This document shows, in pieces, positions 47,093 through 57,415 of a DNA stretch of 64,000 bases. Location: the IMG/VR virus record IMGVR_UViG_3300027969_000046; one strand, written 5' to 3'. Source of the DNA: a virus. A program made the translations under genes and the position numbers. The notes under the pieces were generated by a model, which was not told the DNA's origin, ran no database searches, and saw only the letters and a list, made by a program, of their open reading frames with translations. How positions within the stretch are numbered: the stretch's first letter is position 1; every line of letters starts with the position of its first letter.

Positions 47093-48745
47093 ATGGAATT
47101 TGAAAATAAAAAACTAAGAGATGTAGCTGATATTGCTGCTCGCATCATGATGGGCGAAAAAGCCTTGCATCCAAATCAACAGAAATTGGATGTGCATGAG
47201 CCAGAGAAAGATGAGCTGACTGCAAAAGACTTTGAAATGCTTCGTAACAAGAAAAAAGTAAAAGAAAATTTAGAAGATTTTTCATTGGAAGAAATTGAAG
47301 AATTTATGGTATCAGAAGAATTTGAGCAACTTGATGAATTGTCAAAAACAACACTTGGTTCTTATGTGAATAAAGCAAGTGATAGTGCTGCAAAGAATGC
47401 TGCTGGTTCAGTTGGTATGGCAAACACAAGCTTAAGAGCAAAAAATCCTCGTGTAAAAGCTGCAGCAGAAAAATACTCAAATGAAGATGAAGCAACAAAA
47501 CAAAAGCGTCTTTCTGGTATTGGTAAAGCTGTTAAAAAATTAACAAAAGAAGAAGTTGAAGAATTGGATGAAGTATCATTAAAAACTGCAACTTCTGCTT
47601 ATGTAAAAAGAATGGGTGATGATGGTCCAAATGAAAAATCTAGTATTGCTAAAGCAACAAAAACCATGGATCACATTGCAAATAAGCATGGAGTAAGAGG
47701 TGTTGCTAGAGCAACCAAAACTGCTGATGACAAGTATGGACTCAATGATCCTGTTCACAATCCAAGAAAAGCGTTTGTTAAACAAATTATGCAATCGGTT
47801 AAAAAAGAAGATGTTGATGCTGCAGCTGCAACCATTTTAGAGTATGAATCTAAAGATGGTAAGTTTGTTCATCGTGCAAGACCTGGCGCATACGGCGGCA
47901 CTAAAGATGAAAGACACGCAGTTGATACAATGTCTGGTCCAAAAGAAAAAGATTTGAAAAATATTGAAAAAGATTCTTCAATGTATAAAAAAGGATATCA
48001 CGGTACTTCAAAAAATTATTTGAGAAAAGACACACAAGATTATTTTGCAAAAAGATTTTCTGAAGATTTAGACCTTTACAAAGAAGGCGGTATCAAAGGT
48101 TTGTTTGAAGCGTGGGCTAAAAAGAAAAAAATGGCAGAAGATGTTGAAGTTCTTGATGAAGGCATTGAAGTTAAAAAAGAATATAATGATAAAACTGAAG
48201 CTGAACATGGTGTTTACCATAACAACAAAAAAATTGGTTATGTAGTCCATCACAAACCATCTGGAACACATACTGCATATCATAGTCCTCAAGGTGATGA
48301 TGATTATGGTCAGATTGATGACTTTCATAGTCACCACGATGCTGTTAAACAAATTAGGCACTCTGCTGGCGTAGGTGTTCACGAAGAAGTTGAACATATT
48401 TCTGAAGAACCAACTAGTGCTGAATTTGATGCTCAATTAGCTGATGCTAAACAACGTGCTGCTGGTACAAAGAAACAGCCTGAAGTATCTAAGCCTGCCG
48501 TTCAAGCAGTTCAGAATGAAGAAACACATACAACTGTTGAGTTCATTGATTACAATGATGTTAATGGTGTTAAAATTTCTGAGATTGATTTGGATGAGCG
48601 CTCATTATCAGAACCAGAAATGAAGAAGAAAGAAGAAATTGTTAAATCAATGAAGAAAGGTATTTCTGGTTTCAAAGAGCGTTATGGTAAAGATGCTAAG
48701 TCTGTAATGTATGCAACTGCTACTGCTCGAGCCAAAGGCGAATAG
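47093..48745 (+). CDS. Modular charged protein, putative internal head protein
   Basis: Repeated EQLDE/EELDE/EVLDE linkers. Confidence 0.7.
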   Translation: MEFENKKLRDVADIAARIMMGEKALHPNQQKLDVHEPEKDELTAKDFEMLRNKKKVKENLEDFSLEEIEEFMVSEEFEQLDELSKTTLGSYVNKASDSAAKNAAGSVGMANTSLRAKNPRVKAAAEKYSNEDEATKQKRLSGIGKAVKKLTKEEVEELDEVSLKTATSAYVKRMGDDGPNEKSSIAKATKTMDHIANKHGVRGVARATKTADDKYGLNDPVHNPRKAFVKQIMQSVKKEDVDAAAATILEYESKDGKFVHRARPGAYGGTKDERHAVDTMSGPKEKDLKNIEKDSSMYKKGYHGTSKNYLRKDTQDYFAKRFSEDLDLYKEGGIKGLFEAWAKKKKMAEDVEVLDEGIEVKKEYNDKTEAEHGVYHNNKKIGYVVHHKPSGTHTAYHSPQGDDDYGQIDDFHSHHDAVKQIRHSAGVGVHEEVEHISEEPTSAEFDAQLADAKQRAAGTKKQPEVSKPAVQAVQNEETHTTVEFIDYNDVNGVKISEIDLDERSLSEPEMKKKEEIVKSMKKGISGFKERYGKDAKSVMYATATARAKGE

Positions 48746-50658
48746 TGAAAAAGTTTTCTGATTTCTTAGAAGGTAGATGCTGGCCTGGTTATAAACCAAA
48801 ACCAGGCAAAAAAGCATACTCGCCTGGTTCTTGCGTAAAAGAATCAGCTGCGGCAGCAATTGCGGCTGCAACTGCTATTGCAAAAAAGAAATCAGGAAAC
48901 TATGATAAAGAAGGTTTTAGAAAAACTCCTTATAAGAATCCAGACCATCCAAATCGCAAATCTAATACTGAAAGAGAAGCAGAACTTAAAGAAGATTTGC
49001 GTAAATGGTTCAGTAAAACTGCACCAGAAGGTGGTTGGAAAAGAATCAATAGCAAAGGCGAAGCAATTGGTCCTTGTGCTAGAGAGCCAGGAGAACCTAA
49101 ACCTAAATGTATGTCTAATGAGAAAAGAGCTAAACTTTCTAAAAAAGAAAGAGCATCAGCTGTTGCCTCTAAACGCAAACACGACCCAAATCCTGAAAGA
49201 CAAGGAAAACCTATTAATGTTTCCAATTTTGGAAAAGGAAAAATAAGTGAAGATATGGAAAAATTAGACGAAAAAAATGTACCAACAAGTCCTGAAAAAT
49301 GGGCTCAAGCAAAGGCACAAGCCAAAGCCAAATTTGATGTTTATCCTTCTGCATACGCCAATGGTTGGGCATCAAAGAAATACAAAGAAATGGGTGGTGG
49401 TTGGAAGTCTGTTTCAGAAGATACTGAAATGACCGAAGGTGCCGTTCCTGCTCAAGAAAAAATTATTACAGTTAAACATAAGACTTCTGGTAAAACTTTG
49501 CGTATCTCTGCAAATGCTGCGGCTAAGTATCGTATGCAAGGTTATCACTATCATCCAGTTAATGAAGCAAAAGATGAACAAGAATATGGCTATGAAGGTG
49601 ATATGGCTTTGAATCAATTAGCAACATTAACTCGTTGTGCTGAAATGATTAAAGATATGTTGAAACCAGATACAGATATGCCTGAGTGGGTTCAGTCCAA
49701 GATTACTCTTGCTACTGATTATATCCAAACTGCGGCCGACTATATGTATTCAGAAATGAAAGAAGTCAAAGAAGATGTTTCCAAAATGCCTACTGATAAG
49801 TTGCAGAAACATTGGGACAGTCATAAAGACGAACAAAGACCTTCACCTGCATTTGCTTCTAAGTTAAAAATGGTTGCAAAAGAACTTACTAAACGCAAAG
49901 CAATGAAGAAAGAAGATGTTGAACAAGTTGATGAGATTTCACAAGATTTAGCTGGTAGATACCTTGAAAAAGTTACACATGACCAACTAAAGAAAAGTGG
50001 AATGCACCACAACCTATACGGTCAATTGCCACCTAAGCGTCAAGCAGGTGTTGGTCGTGCTTTAGATAGATTGGTTGTTAATAAAGAATCTGTTGATAGT
50101 GATGGTGGTCCCCCAACTGAAGCAGCTGCAACATTGACTGTAACTGGACAACCAAAATTAAACAAAACTATTGGGCAAACTAAATTGATTCCTTATGTGC
50201 AAGAAGATGCAGAAGCAGACAAGAAGTCTGGTTCATGGAAAGTAGAAACACCATGGAGAAAAGTCAAAGGTACAGGTACAGTAACAGATAAGTCTGGTGC
50301 TAAACACACACCTATGTCCCGTGCTCGTGATTTGGCTCGCAAAGCTATGGCAAAGAAAATGGAAGAACAATCAAATGTAAAACCAAATCCATTTACAGTT
50401 CCAGAAATACCAATTGGTAAAGCAGATAAACCTAAATCAGATTATGTGAAGGCTCGTGACGCTGGTTCGTCTACCAAAAACGCTCAAGCAAGAGCTGCTG
50501 GTGCTTCTAATGCACATATGTTTGAATCACGCCAATTAGAGATTGTTCGTGAGGCAATGAAAGTTGCTAAAAAGAAAAAAGAAGTAACTGAAGCTGGTAG
50601 TGATAAATTTATCGCTGATCCAGAATTAACAAGTCAGATTACCAAGAGTAATCCTTAA
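48745..50658 (+). CDS. Modular charged protein, putative internal head protein
   Basis: MKKFSDFLE start; modules CWPGYK, KFDVYPSAYANGW, MPEWVQSKIT separated by Glu-rich linkers. Confidence 0.7.
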   Translation: MKKFSDFLEGRCWPGYKPKPGKKAYSPGSCVKESAAAAIAAATAIAKKKSGNYDKEGFRKTPYKNPDHPNRKSNTEREAELKEDLRKWFSKTAPEGGWKRINSKGEAIGPCAREPGEPKPKCMSNEKRAKLSKKERASAVASKRKHDPNPERQGKPINVSNFGKGKISEDMEKLDEKNVPTSPEKWAQAKAQAKAKFDVYPSAYANGWASKKYKEMGGGWKSVSEDTEMTEGAVPAQEKIITVKHKTSGKTLRISANAAAKYRMQGYHYHPVNEAKDEQEYGYEGDMALNQLATLTRCAEMIKDMLKPDTDMPEWVQSKITLATDYIQTAADYMYSEMKEVKEDVSKMPTDKLQKHWDSHKDEQRPSPAFASKLKMVAKELTKRKAMKKEDVEQVDEISQDLAGRYLEKVTHDQLKKSGMHHNLYGQLPPKRQAGVGRALDRLVVNKESVDSDGGPPTEAAATLTVTGQPKLNKTIGQTKLIPYVQEDAEADKKSGSWKVETPWRKVKGTGTVTDKSGAKHTPMSRARDLARKAMAKKMEEQSNVKPNPFTVPEIPIGKADKPKSDYVKARDAGSSTKNAQARAAGASNAHMFESRQLEIVREAMKVAKKKKEVTEAGSDKFIADPELTSQITKSNP

Positions 50659-50697
50659 CATAAATAACAAACAGACCGATTTTTTAGGAGAATAAAA

Positions 50698-51282
50698 ATG
50701 TCTTTATGGGGAAACCTAGACGCTGCCAACAATGCACCTGTATCAAGTGCAATGGCTGGTTATGGCGGAACAACACCACAAGTAACAGCAAACGCAGAAG
50801 TATATTACGCTAATACAAAACTTGGTTCGTTTAGCGACAACCAAGCAATTGGTATTTTTGGCGTATCTGCTGCTGAACAAGCTAATTCATCAACAGTAGA
50901 ATCAACCGGACATCCATCACACGCTGGTTGGGTAACCCGCCGTGTTGGTATGGGACCTGTTGTTTCAATTACTGCTAATGCAGGCGCAGTTGGTGTAAAC
51001 AGCACAATTACTATTGTTGCGAATAGTGGATTTGGTAACACCGGTTCAAACGGCCGTTCTACCATTATTCCAGTTGTTGCAACAATCACAACAAATACTG
51101 CTGGTTACATTAATACAATTACAATTGTAAATCCAGGAATGTATGCTAACACACCAATATTGCGTCCAAATACAGGTAATGCTGTGTTCACCGTAACGAT
51201 GGGTGGTCGTGCAAACCGTGTTTTAACAGAAACTTTAGTTGCCATGGGTTCAATGACTGGCGACAACGAAAACGTATTCTAA
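50698..51282 (+). CDS. Putative virion structural protein
   Basis: MSLWG...HAGWV...ETLVAMGS; Gly/Thr/Asn-rich; AGGAG RBS. Confidence 0.65.
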   Translation: MSLWGNLDAANNAPVSSAMAGYGGTTPQVTANAEVYYANTKLGSFSDNQAIGIFGVSAAEQANSSTVESTGHPSHAGWVTRRVGMGPVVSITANAGAVGVNSTITIVANSGFGNTGSNGRSTIIPVVATITTNTAGYINTITIVNPGMYANTPILRPNTGNAVFTVTMGGRANRVLTETLVAMGSMTGDNENVF

Positions 51283-51283
51283 T

Positions 51284-51652
51284 ATGAAATTCAAAGAGTT
51301 TTTAACAGAGTTAGCAATGCCTATGGATTCAATAGTTCACGATGTGGCTATTGAAGAAGCGGTTAATGCTCAACTAAGTAAAGAGCTCAATGATATAATT
51401 CTTTCTCCACAAATCGGTTTCCTAAAAATCCGTAAGGTGTTGCGTATGTTCAATTTAGACATACCAACATCTTATGCGGTTGAACAGGAAGGTGATGAAG
51501 TGGTATTAGATTTGTTGGGTGATACAGATTCACTATTGTATGTTTTATATTATCAGACTGATGATGGTAATTATGATTTTTATGCCTGTGTTGACGATGA
51601 AGAAGGTATAGAAGAAATTATCTCTAAGGATGAGGAACTAGAAAAAGAATAA
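51284..51652 (+). CDS. Acidic hypothetical protein
   Basis: MKFKEFLTE start. Confidence 0.65.
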   Translation: MKFKEFLTELAMPMDSIVHDVAIEEAVNAQLSKELNDIILSPQIGFLKIRKVLRMFNLDIPTSYAVEQEGDEVVLDLLGDTDSLLYVLYYQTDDGNYDFYACVDDEEGIEEIISKDEELEKE

Positions 51653-51654
51653 TA

Positions 51655-52047
51655 ATGTCCTTCGATGATTTGAGTAATGAGAATATAATGTTATACGCAG
51701 CTAAAGTTTACGATAAACCAAACTGCATTATGTCTGAATTTAAAGAGGACATGAAAAGATTTAACTATCTAAAAAGACTTTTCTTTAGATACCGAAAGGT
51801 AAATGAAGTTAAAGAACGATTGATATTAAATCACCTAGTTGTATTGTATAATGTATTTGGTGTTGAAGCTGCGACCAGACTACTGTTCTATAAGATTGCC
51901 AAAGAGGATTATCCTGCTTTGAAAACTTATTTGGTATTTTTAAGTTGTATGCCTGAGAGAGTTAAGGGTATCAGAGGTCAAGATATATTATCTTCGGATA
52001 TTCCCGTTGATACCAAAGTAGCGAACACATTAAGAGAATTTAAATGA
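51655..52047 (+). CDS. Conserved T4-like hypothetical protein
   Basis: EFKEDMKRFNYLKRL...RLILNHLVVLYNVFG. Confidence 0.75.
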   Translation: MSFDDLSNENIMLYAAKVYDKPNCIMSEFKEDMKRFNYLKRLFFRYRKVNEVKERLILNHLVVLYNVFGVEAATRLLFYKIAKEDYPALKTYLVFLSCMPERVKGIRGQDILSSDIPVDTKVANTLREFK

Positions 52048-52223
52048 AAAAGAAGTTGAAAGAAGATGGAGTTGGAATGGTTGGTGGTACACCAGTCAAT
52101 AATGCAGGTGGCGGTGAAGTCGCAGGCATTGGTGTGGGACCAAAAGGCGAGCCAGGTGTTGGCAAGCGTAAGAAGCCTATGCCGTTCAAATCATTTTTTA
52201 AGAGAAAGGATCCTGCATACTAA
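52044..52223 (+). CDS. Small Gly-rich protein (59 aa, not in the ORF track)
   Basis: MKKKLKEDGVGMVGGTPVNNAGGGEVAGIGVGPKGEPGV...; overlaps both neighbours. Confidence 0.6.
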   Translation: MKKKLKEDGVGMVGGTPVNNAGGGEVAGIGVGPKGEPGVGKRKKPMPFKSFFKRKDPAY

Positions 52224-52702
52224 TGTGGTTTCTTTTATCATTTATTCCTGATTGGTTCGTTAGTTATTTTGTTCACATTATTTTTAGTGTGGGCTTAATT
52301 GGTATTATTGTAGGAGCATTTTTAAGTAAAATTCCATTTGTTAATCAATATGGTGTTTTAATTAAGATTGTCTCCAATATTTTATTTGTTGTCGGTCTAT
52401 TTCTTGAAGGCGGTTTACAAACAGAGTTAGCATGGCGTGAGAAAGTTGCTGAATTGCAAGCTAAAATAGAAGTTGCACAACAACAATCAAAAGAAACTAA
52501 TGTTAAAATTGAACAGAAAGTAGTTGAGAAAGTTAAGACTATTAAGGATAATGTAAATGCTAATCGACAAATTATTGAAGAAAATCGTGATAGTATCAAC
52601 GCTGAGTGTAAGTTGTCTGACACTGCCTGGTTGCTCTACAACAGCGCCAGTCAAAATGCCTTGGCCAGAAGCACCAGCAACTCTACTGCAACCGGCAAGT
52701 AA
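52223..52702 (+). CDS. Inner-membrane spanin (Rz-like)
   Basis: N-terminal TM segments, coiled coil, overlapping lipoprotein gene. Confidence 0.7.
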   Translation: MWFLLSFIPDWFVSYFVHIIFSVGLIGIIVGAFLSKIPFVNQYGVLIKIVSNILFVVGLFLEGGLQTELAWREKVAELQAKIEVAQQQSKETNVKIEQKVVEKVKTIKDNVNANRQIIEENRDSINAECKLSDTAWLLYNSASQNALARSTSNSTATGK

Positions 52703-52856
52703 TCTCAAACCACTACCAGAAGATAAAAAAACTTTAACTGATTTGATAGAAAATGCCAATGAGAATTTTGGTACATACTATCAGATAAAGAGTAAGTATG
52801 AAGCTTGGCAAGAGTGGTATAATTCCCAAAAGAAAATCTATGAGGGTGTAAAATGA
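52557..52856 (+). CDS. Outer-membrane spanin lipoprotein (Rz1-like)
   Basis: Lipobox LPGC and Pro-rich segment; overlaps the i-spanin in another frame. Confidence 0.7.
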   Translation: MLIDKLLKKIVIVSTLSVSCLTLPGCSTTAPVKMPWPEAPATLLQPASNLKPLPEDKKTLTDLIENANENFGTYYQIKSKYEAWQEWYNSQKKIYEGVK

Positions 52857-53209
52857 AAAGATTAATAGTCTTATCAGTTACATTACTATCTGGTTGTGCC
52901 TTATGGATGGCAAGTTACGATAGCACAGAATACTCATTAGTAAACAAAGTAAGAACACAGGCGATTGTAGGTGATTGCTCTAGTGAAAGTGTAAAAAGCC
53001 TGTATAATACTACATTAGAACTAAAGAACTTTGCACAGTATATACCACGCAACGATGCCACGATTGGTCTGACAAATCAGTTATACACCATTGTTGATGA
53101 ACTACATAAAAGAGAAAATCCAAGTCCTGCATATTGCAAGGCTAAACTAAACACAATCGCCAAATCGGCTGAAGAAATTCAACGAGTTGTTGGGAGCAAA
53201 CCAAGATGA
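52853..53209 (+). CDS. Lipoprotein
   Basis: Signal peptide with LLSGC lipobox. Confidence 0.7.
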   Translation: MKRLIVLSVTLLSGCALWMASYDSTEYSLVNKVRTQAIVGDCSSESVKSLYNTTLELKNFAQYIPRNDATIGLTNQLYTIVDELHKRENPSPAYCKAKLNTIAKSAEEIQRVVGSKPR

Positions 53210-53418
53210 CCGCATTAGTAAATATTGCAGCTCAAGCAAATGATTTGCATGACCAGTATCTTGCAGGTGAATTATCACCATCTGAATTTAAAGAACTTTG
53301 TGAAGATTTAAAAATTGTTCAACAAATTGCAGATGATGCTTCTGATTTTGAAAAAGACCAAGAGTATCGTGCTTACATTCTTGCTGTTCTTCAAGTAGCA
53401 AGTAACATTCCCCTATAA
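53206..53418 (+). CDS. Hypothetical protein
   Basis: Coupled ORF. Confidence 0.6.
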   Translation: MTALVNIAAQANDLHDQYLAGELSPSEFKELCEDLKIVQQIADDASDFEKDQEYRAYILAVLQVASNIPL

Positions 53419-53419
53419 T

Positions 53420-54157
53420 ATGATTATTGGTTCAGGCATCACAATTGGTTCAGGTATTGGAATAGTGCCAATTCCTGTTTCTGGATTTAGCACAACCAAT
53501 TTGTTATTATATTTAAATGCAACAAATAGTTCCAGTTATTCTGGTTCCGGTACTGCTTGGAATGATTTAAGTGGTAACGCAGATAATGGAACATTAGTTG
53601 GTAGTCCAACATATACAGCAAGTCCAGGATATTTTACTTTTGCTGTAGGTAAATATGCATCAACAGGTGTAATTAATAGTGCTTTGACGGCCGCAACATT
53701 TATTGCTTGGGTATATCCAACACAAACGCAATCACAATATACTGGTGTTATTTTTAATAGAAATGGTTACGGCGGTGCAACTGCTTATGCAACTGGTATG
53801 AATTTTTATACAAGCAATTCTGTTGGGTATCATTGGAACGATAATGGTGCAACATATGGATGGAACTCTGGTTTATCTGCACCAAATAATGCTTGGTCAA
53901 TGATTGCTATAACTGTTAACTCTACTACTGCAACTGCTTACTTGTGTCAATCTAGTGGAATAACAACAGCAACAAATACATCTAGTCACTCGTCAACTTT
54001 ATCTGGACTTAGTTTTTATGTTGGTGTTGAACCATCTAGCACTTCTGGTAGAGCATTTAAAGGTAATATTTCACAGGCCGCAATATACAGCACAACATTA
54101 ATTTCTGATGAGATAACAACAAACTTTAATAATACAAAATCTATTTACGGTTTATAA
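53420..54157 (+). CDS. LamG/concanavalin-A-like lectin domain protein
   Basis: LLLYLNA..SSY.GSGTAWNDLSGN, TFIAWV, WSMIAIT, FKGNISQAAIYS. Confidence 0.8.
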   Translation: MIIGSGITIGSGIGIVPIPVSGFSTTNLLLYLNATNSSSYSGSGTAWNDLSGNADNGTLVGSPTYTASPGYFTFAVGKYASTGVINSALTAATFIAWVYPTQTQSQYTGVIFNRNGYGGATAYATGMNFYTSNSVGYHWNDNGATYGWNSGLSAPNNAWSMIAITVNSTTATAYLCQSSGITTATNTSSHSSTLSGLSFYVGVEPSSTSGRAFKGNISQAAIYSTTLISDEITTNFNNTKSIYGL

Positions 54158-54262
54158 ACAAGTAATACATTAAATCCATTCTAAATAATTTGTAGTTCAA
54201 AGTGTTTTTCATTGTTATGGTTAATTTATGGTTTTTTGACAGTAACCTAAATTTAACCAACA

Positions 54263-55033
54263 ATGGATCCAATAACATTATTTGCTCTTGCTAATGGTGC
54301 TGTATCTGCTATCAAGGCAGGATGTAAGCTATACAAGGACATTAAGGGTGCAGCTGGTGATATTAAGGATGTTCTCAAAGACCTTGATGAGCAATTCCAT
54401 GGTGCATATGCAGCTAAAGGTAAAACACCTACACCGGCAGCAGTTAAACAACTAAATGAAGAAAAAGCCAGAGTAAAAGAATTAAACAAAAAAGATTCTG
54501 GTGATGTTTACTTTGAATTGGGTCAACATCTTGGTACATTCTTTGACAATCAAGCAAAATGCATAGCAGTATTTGAGGCAGAAGAAAGAAGGTCTTATCA
54601 ATTATATACTGGTGAATCTTCAGTAGGTAATCGTGCTCTACAAAGAGTATTGATGAAGAAAAAACTTGAGCAAATGGAAATTGATTTGCGTGAGTTGATG
54701 ATATATCAAAGCCCTAAAGAATTAGGTGCCTTGTGGACCGAAGTTCAACAAACTTCTCAAATATTAAATGCAAGACAATCTGTTGCATTAAAGAAACAAA
54801 TTGAAATAAACCACAAACATGAAATTGAGCACGCTAAATTTGTAAAAAAAGTTAAAACTGCTATTTGGTGGTTTGGTATTTTTGTGTCAATAATTGTTTT
54901 TACTTTTATTATAATGTGGTTTGTGGTACAAGATAGAATAGAAAAATATCCACAGTTAGGGACTGAATGGTTTCCTAAAACTGAAAAACAAAGAAGGCTG
55001 GAAGCACAACCTAAACACTATGTTGGAAGATAA
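54263..55033 (+). CDS. Hypothetical protein with C-terminal TM helix
   Basis: MDPITLFA..A.SAIK start; coiled coil; TM segment. Confidence 0.7.
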   Translation: MDPITLFALANGAVSAIKAGCKLYKDIKGAAGDIKDVLKDLDEQFHGAYAAKGKTPTPAAVKQLNEEKARVKELNKKDSGDVYFELGQHLGTFFDNQAKCIAVFEAEERRSYQLYTGESSVGNRALQRVLMKKKLEQMEIDLRELMIYQSPKELGALWTEVQQTSQILNARQSVALKKQIEINHKHEIEHAKFVKKVKTAIWWFGIFVSIIVFTFIIMWFVVQDRIEKYPQLGTEWFPKTEKQRRLEAQPKHYVGR

Positions 55034-55057
55034 ATAAAGCATCATTAAGGAAAAAAC

Positions 55058-55672
55058 ATGGAACTAACTTTAGACCAATTAAAACAACTATTACCAAAGA
55101 ACCCATATGTGGATCATTGGCATCACGCACTATCACAATTGTTACCGGACTATGACATTAATACTCCTCAGCGTATTGCTGCCTTTGTTGCACAATGCTC
55201 ACATGAAAGTGGTGGTTTTGTAGCACTAAAAGAAAATTTAAACTATCGTGCAGTAACACTACGCAAGATATTTCCAAAGTATTTTCCTACTGATGAATTG
55301 GCCAATGCATTTGCTGGTAAACCAGAAATGATTGCTAATCGTGTGTATGCAAGTCGCATGGGAAATGGCGATGAGGCTTCAGGTGACGGTTTTCGTTATT
55401 GTGGTCGTGGACTTATTCAACTGACAGGTAAGAGTAACTATCAAGCATTTGCTGATAGTTTAGAAATGAATGTTGAAGATGTGCCTGATTACTTGTCAAC
55501 ATTTGAAGGTGCAGCTCAATCTGCCTGTTGGTTTTGGGAATCAAACAATCTAAATCAATGGGCTGACAAAGGCGACATCTTAACATTAACTAAGCGTATC
55601 AATGGTGGTACCATTGGACTTGAAGATAGAATTAAACATTATGACCATGCCATGCATATTCTTCAAGCGTAA
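55058..55672 (+). CDS. GH19-family endolysin
   Basis: AQCSHESGGF, ENLNY, GRGLIQLTGKSNY, TKRINGGTIGL. Confidence 0.92.
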   Translation: MELTLDQLKQLLPKNPYVDHWHHALSQLLPDYDINTPQRIAAFVAQCSHESGGFVALKENLNYRAVTLRKIFPKYFPTDELANAFAGKPEMIANRVYASRMGNGDEASGDGFRYCGRGLIQLTGKSNYQAFADSLEMNVEDVPDYLSTFEGAAQSACWFWESNNLNQWADKGDILTLTKRINGGTIGLEDRIKHYDHAMHILQA

Positions 55673-55755
55673 CTCTCTTTTGGCATAAATACATCAACTG
55701 ATTTGAATTTATCTTTATTATTGTTTAGTATTTGGTTAATAAATGGTATAGATAA

Positions 55756-56199
55756 ATGGCTGATCCAATCCTCTCTGGCGCTCAAGGTGCAGCAGCAACC
55801 TTAAAGGGTGCTCAACAAGCTGGTAAACAACTTGGTTCAGTTGTTATGGATCAGCAAGCTGATATGGAAAAAGCCATTCAGCAACAACACAAAGCACGAA
55901 TTCAGGCCAAATTGGCAGAAGAAAGACGAGCCACTATGTTGGAAGTCCGTGCTGTTGAAAAATACGAACAAGAGAAAGCACATCAACGAGAGTTAGAAAA
56001 ACTCAAACAAGATACTATACGCAAGCATGGAAAAAATGCTTGGGCCGAAGTAGAAGCAGTAAAGTCTAAATTACAAAAAGAAGCAGAAGCAGAAAACAAA
56101 TTAATAGATTATGACCGCCAAAAACAAATTCAAGTTTTTTGGTGGTGTATGACTGCTGCAGCATTAGTAACATATTTTTTTAAATTGTATAAGATATGA
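55756..56199 (+). CDS. Coiled-coil protein with C-terminal TM segment
   Basis: ORF composition. Confidence 0.6.
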   Translation: MADPILSGAQGAAATLKGAQQAGKQLGSVVMDQQADMEKAIQQQHKARIQAKLAEERRATMLEVRAVEKYEQEKAHQRELEKLKQDTIRKHGKNAWAEVEAVKSKLQKEAEAENKLIDYDRQKQIQVFWWCMTAAALVTYFFKLYKI

Positions 56200-56398
56200 A
56201 GGGACCGCAACCATTTATATTTGTGGCCGTTCTTATTCTTTGTTTAACATTAATGATAGTAGAATCGGGAGCAGTATTTAAATAAACTGAAAGTGAGGAT
56301 GTTATGAATAAATTAGCACAAATAATTTTTACACTAGTAATTATAGGTTCTTTAGGTATTGTAGTATTAGAAGCAATAGCAAAAATAAATTAAAACAT

Positions 56399-56947
56399 AT
56401 GGCAACAGAAAACAAACCACTATCCCGTTCAGAACGGGAAGCACAAATTAAAGACAAAGCAGGTCTAGTAATCTGCGTGTTAGCTGCATTGTTGGCAATC
56501 AACACTCTTATGGGTGGTGGTAACAGTTCAAAAGTATTGAATAATACTATTGATGCCAATAATACATGGGCTTTCTTTCAAGCAAAAGCTATCAAACAAA
56601 CATTAGCAGAGCAATCACTTGATGATGCTATTGTTCGTAATGATAAAGCAAAGATTGAAAAGTTGAAGGCTAAGATTGAACGCTATGAATCAGATCCGGT
56701 TTCTGGCGAAGGTAAAAAAGAATTAATGGCAAAAGCTCGTAAGTTAGAATCCGACCGTGCGGTTGCTAAGTCCCGTAGTCCTTGGTACACATATGCTGGT
56801 AGTCTATTGCAGATTGCTATTGTGTTATTGACTGCAAGTATTTTGGCTGTGAACAACAGAATGTATAATGCAAGTATTGGTGTTGGTGTTGTTGGTGCTC
56901 TCTTAATGAGCCAAGCCCTTTGGTTATGGTTGCCTATAACATTATAA
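56399..56947 (+). CDS. DUF4337-like membrane protein
   Basis: NTWAFFQAKAIKQ, LLQIAIVL..AS. Confidence 0.65.
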   Translation: MATENKPLSRSEREAQIKDKAGLVICVLAALLAINTLMGGGNSSKVLNNTIDANNTWAFFQAKAIKQTLAEQSLDDAIVRNDKAKIEKLKAKIERYESDPVSGEGKKELMAKARKLESDRAVAKSRSPWYTYAGSLLQIAIVLLTASILAVNNRMYNASIGVGVVGALLMSQALWLWLPITL

Positions 56948-56958
56948 GGAATTAAAAA

Positions 56959-57414
56959 ATGTCAACACAAGAACAAAATATAGATGAACTTTATGCTAAA
57001 GTTGGTAAATTAGAAGAAACAGCTACTTCATCAGGTAGTAAAGGTGCGTTGGTTGAAAAAATGACCTTTGCTGGTATTCCTATCATGTTTAGTTGTATTG
57101 TTTATTTGATGTCATCATTAAGTAACGCTAACCATGAACTCACTATTCTTCAAAGTAAAATCAATGTGGTGGTAAATGCTGAAAACAAAGCAATACCTCC
57201 ACAAGGAACTACTATTGAAATGGAAAGAATTAAAGAAGAAGCTGCTCTTGCACGAGCTGCCATGACTTTAGAAAGAACTAAAGATATGATGGCCATGAAA
57301 GAAGAAGCTTCATTAAGCCGTGCTAAAGTTGCTTCTGATTCAGCTGCAGCTAGAGCAGAATTAGATAAACGTATTGCTATCCTTGAATGGCGTATGAACA
57401 AAGCAGGTAAATAA
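56959..57414 (+). CDS. Hypothetical protein (TM plus coiled coil)
   Basis: AAGGA RBS. Confidence 0.6.
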   Translation: MSTQEQNIDELYAKVGKLEETATSSGSKGALVEKMTFAGIPIMFSCIVYLMSSLSNANHELTILQSKINVVVNAENKAIPPQGTTIEMERIKEEAALARAAMTLERTKDMMAMKEEASLSRAKVASDSAAARAELDKRIAILEWRMNKAGK

Positions 57415-57415
57415 A

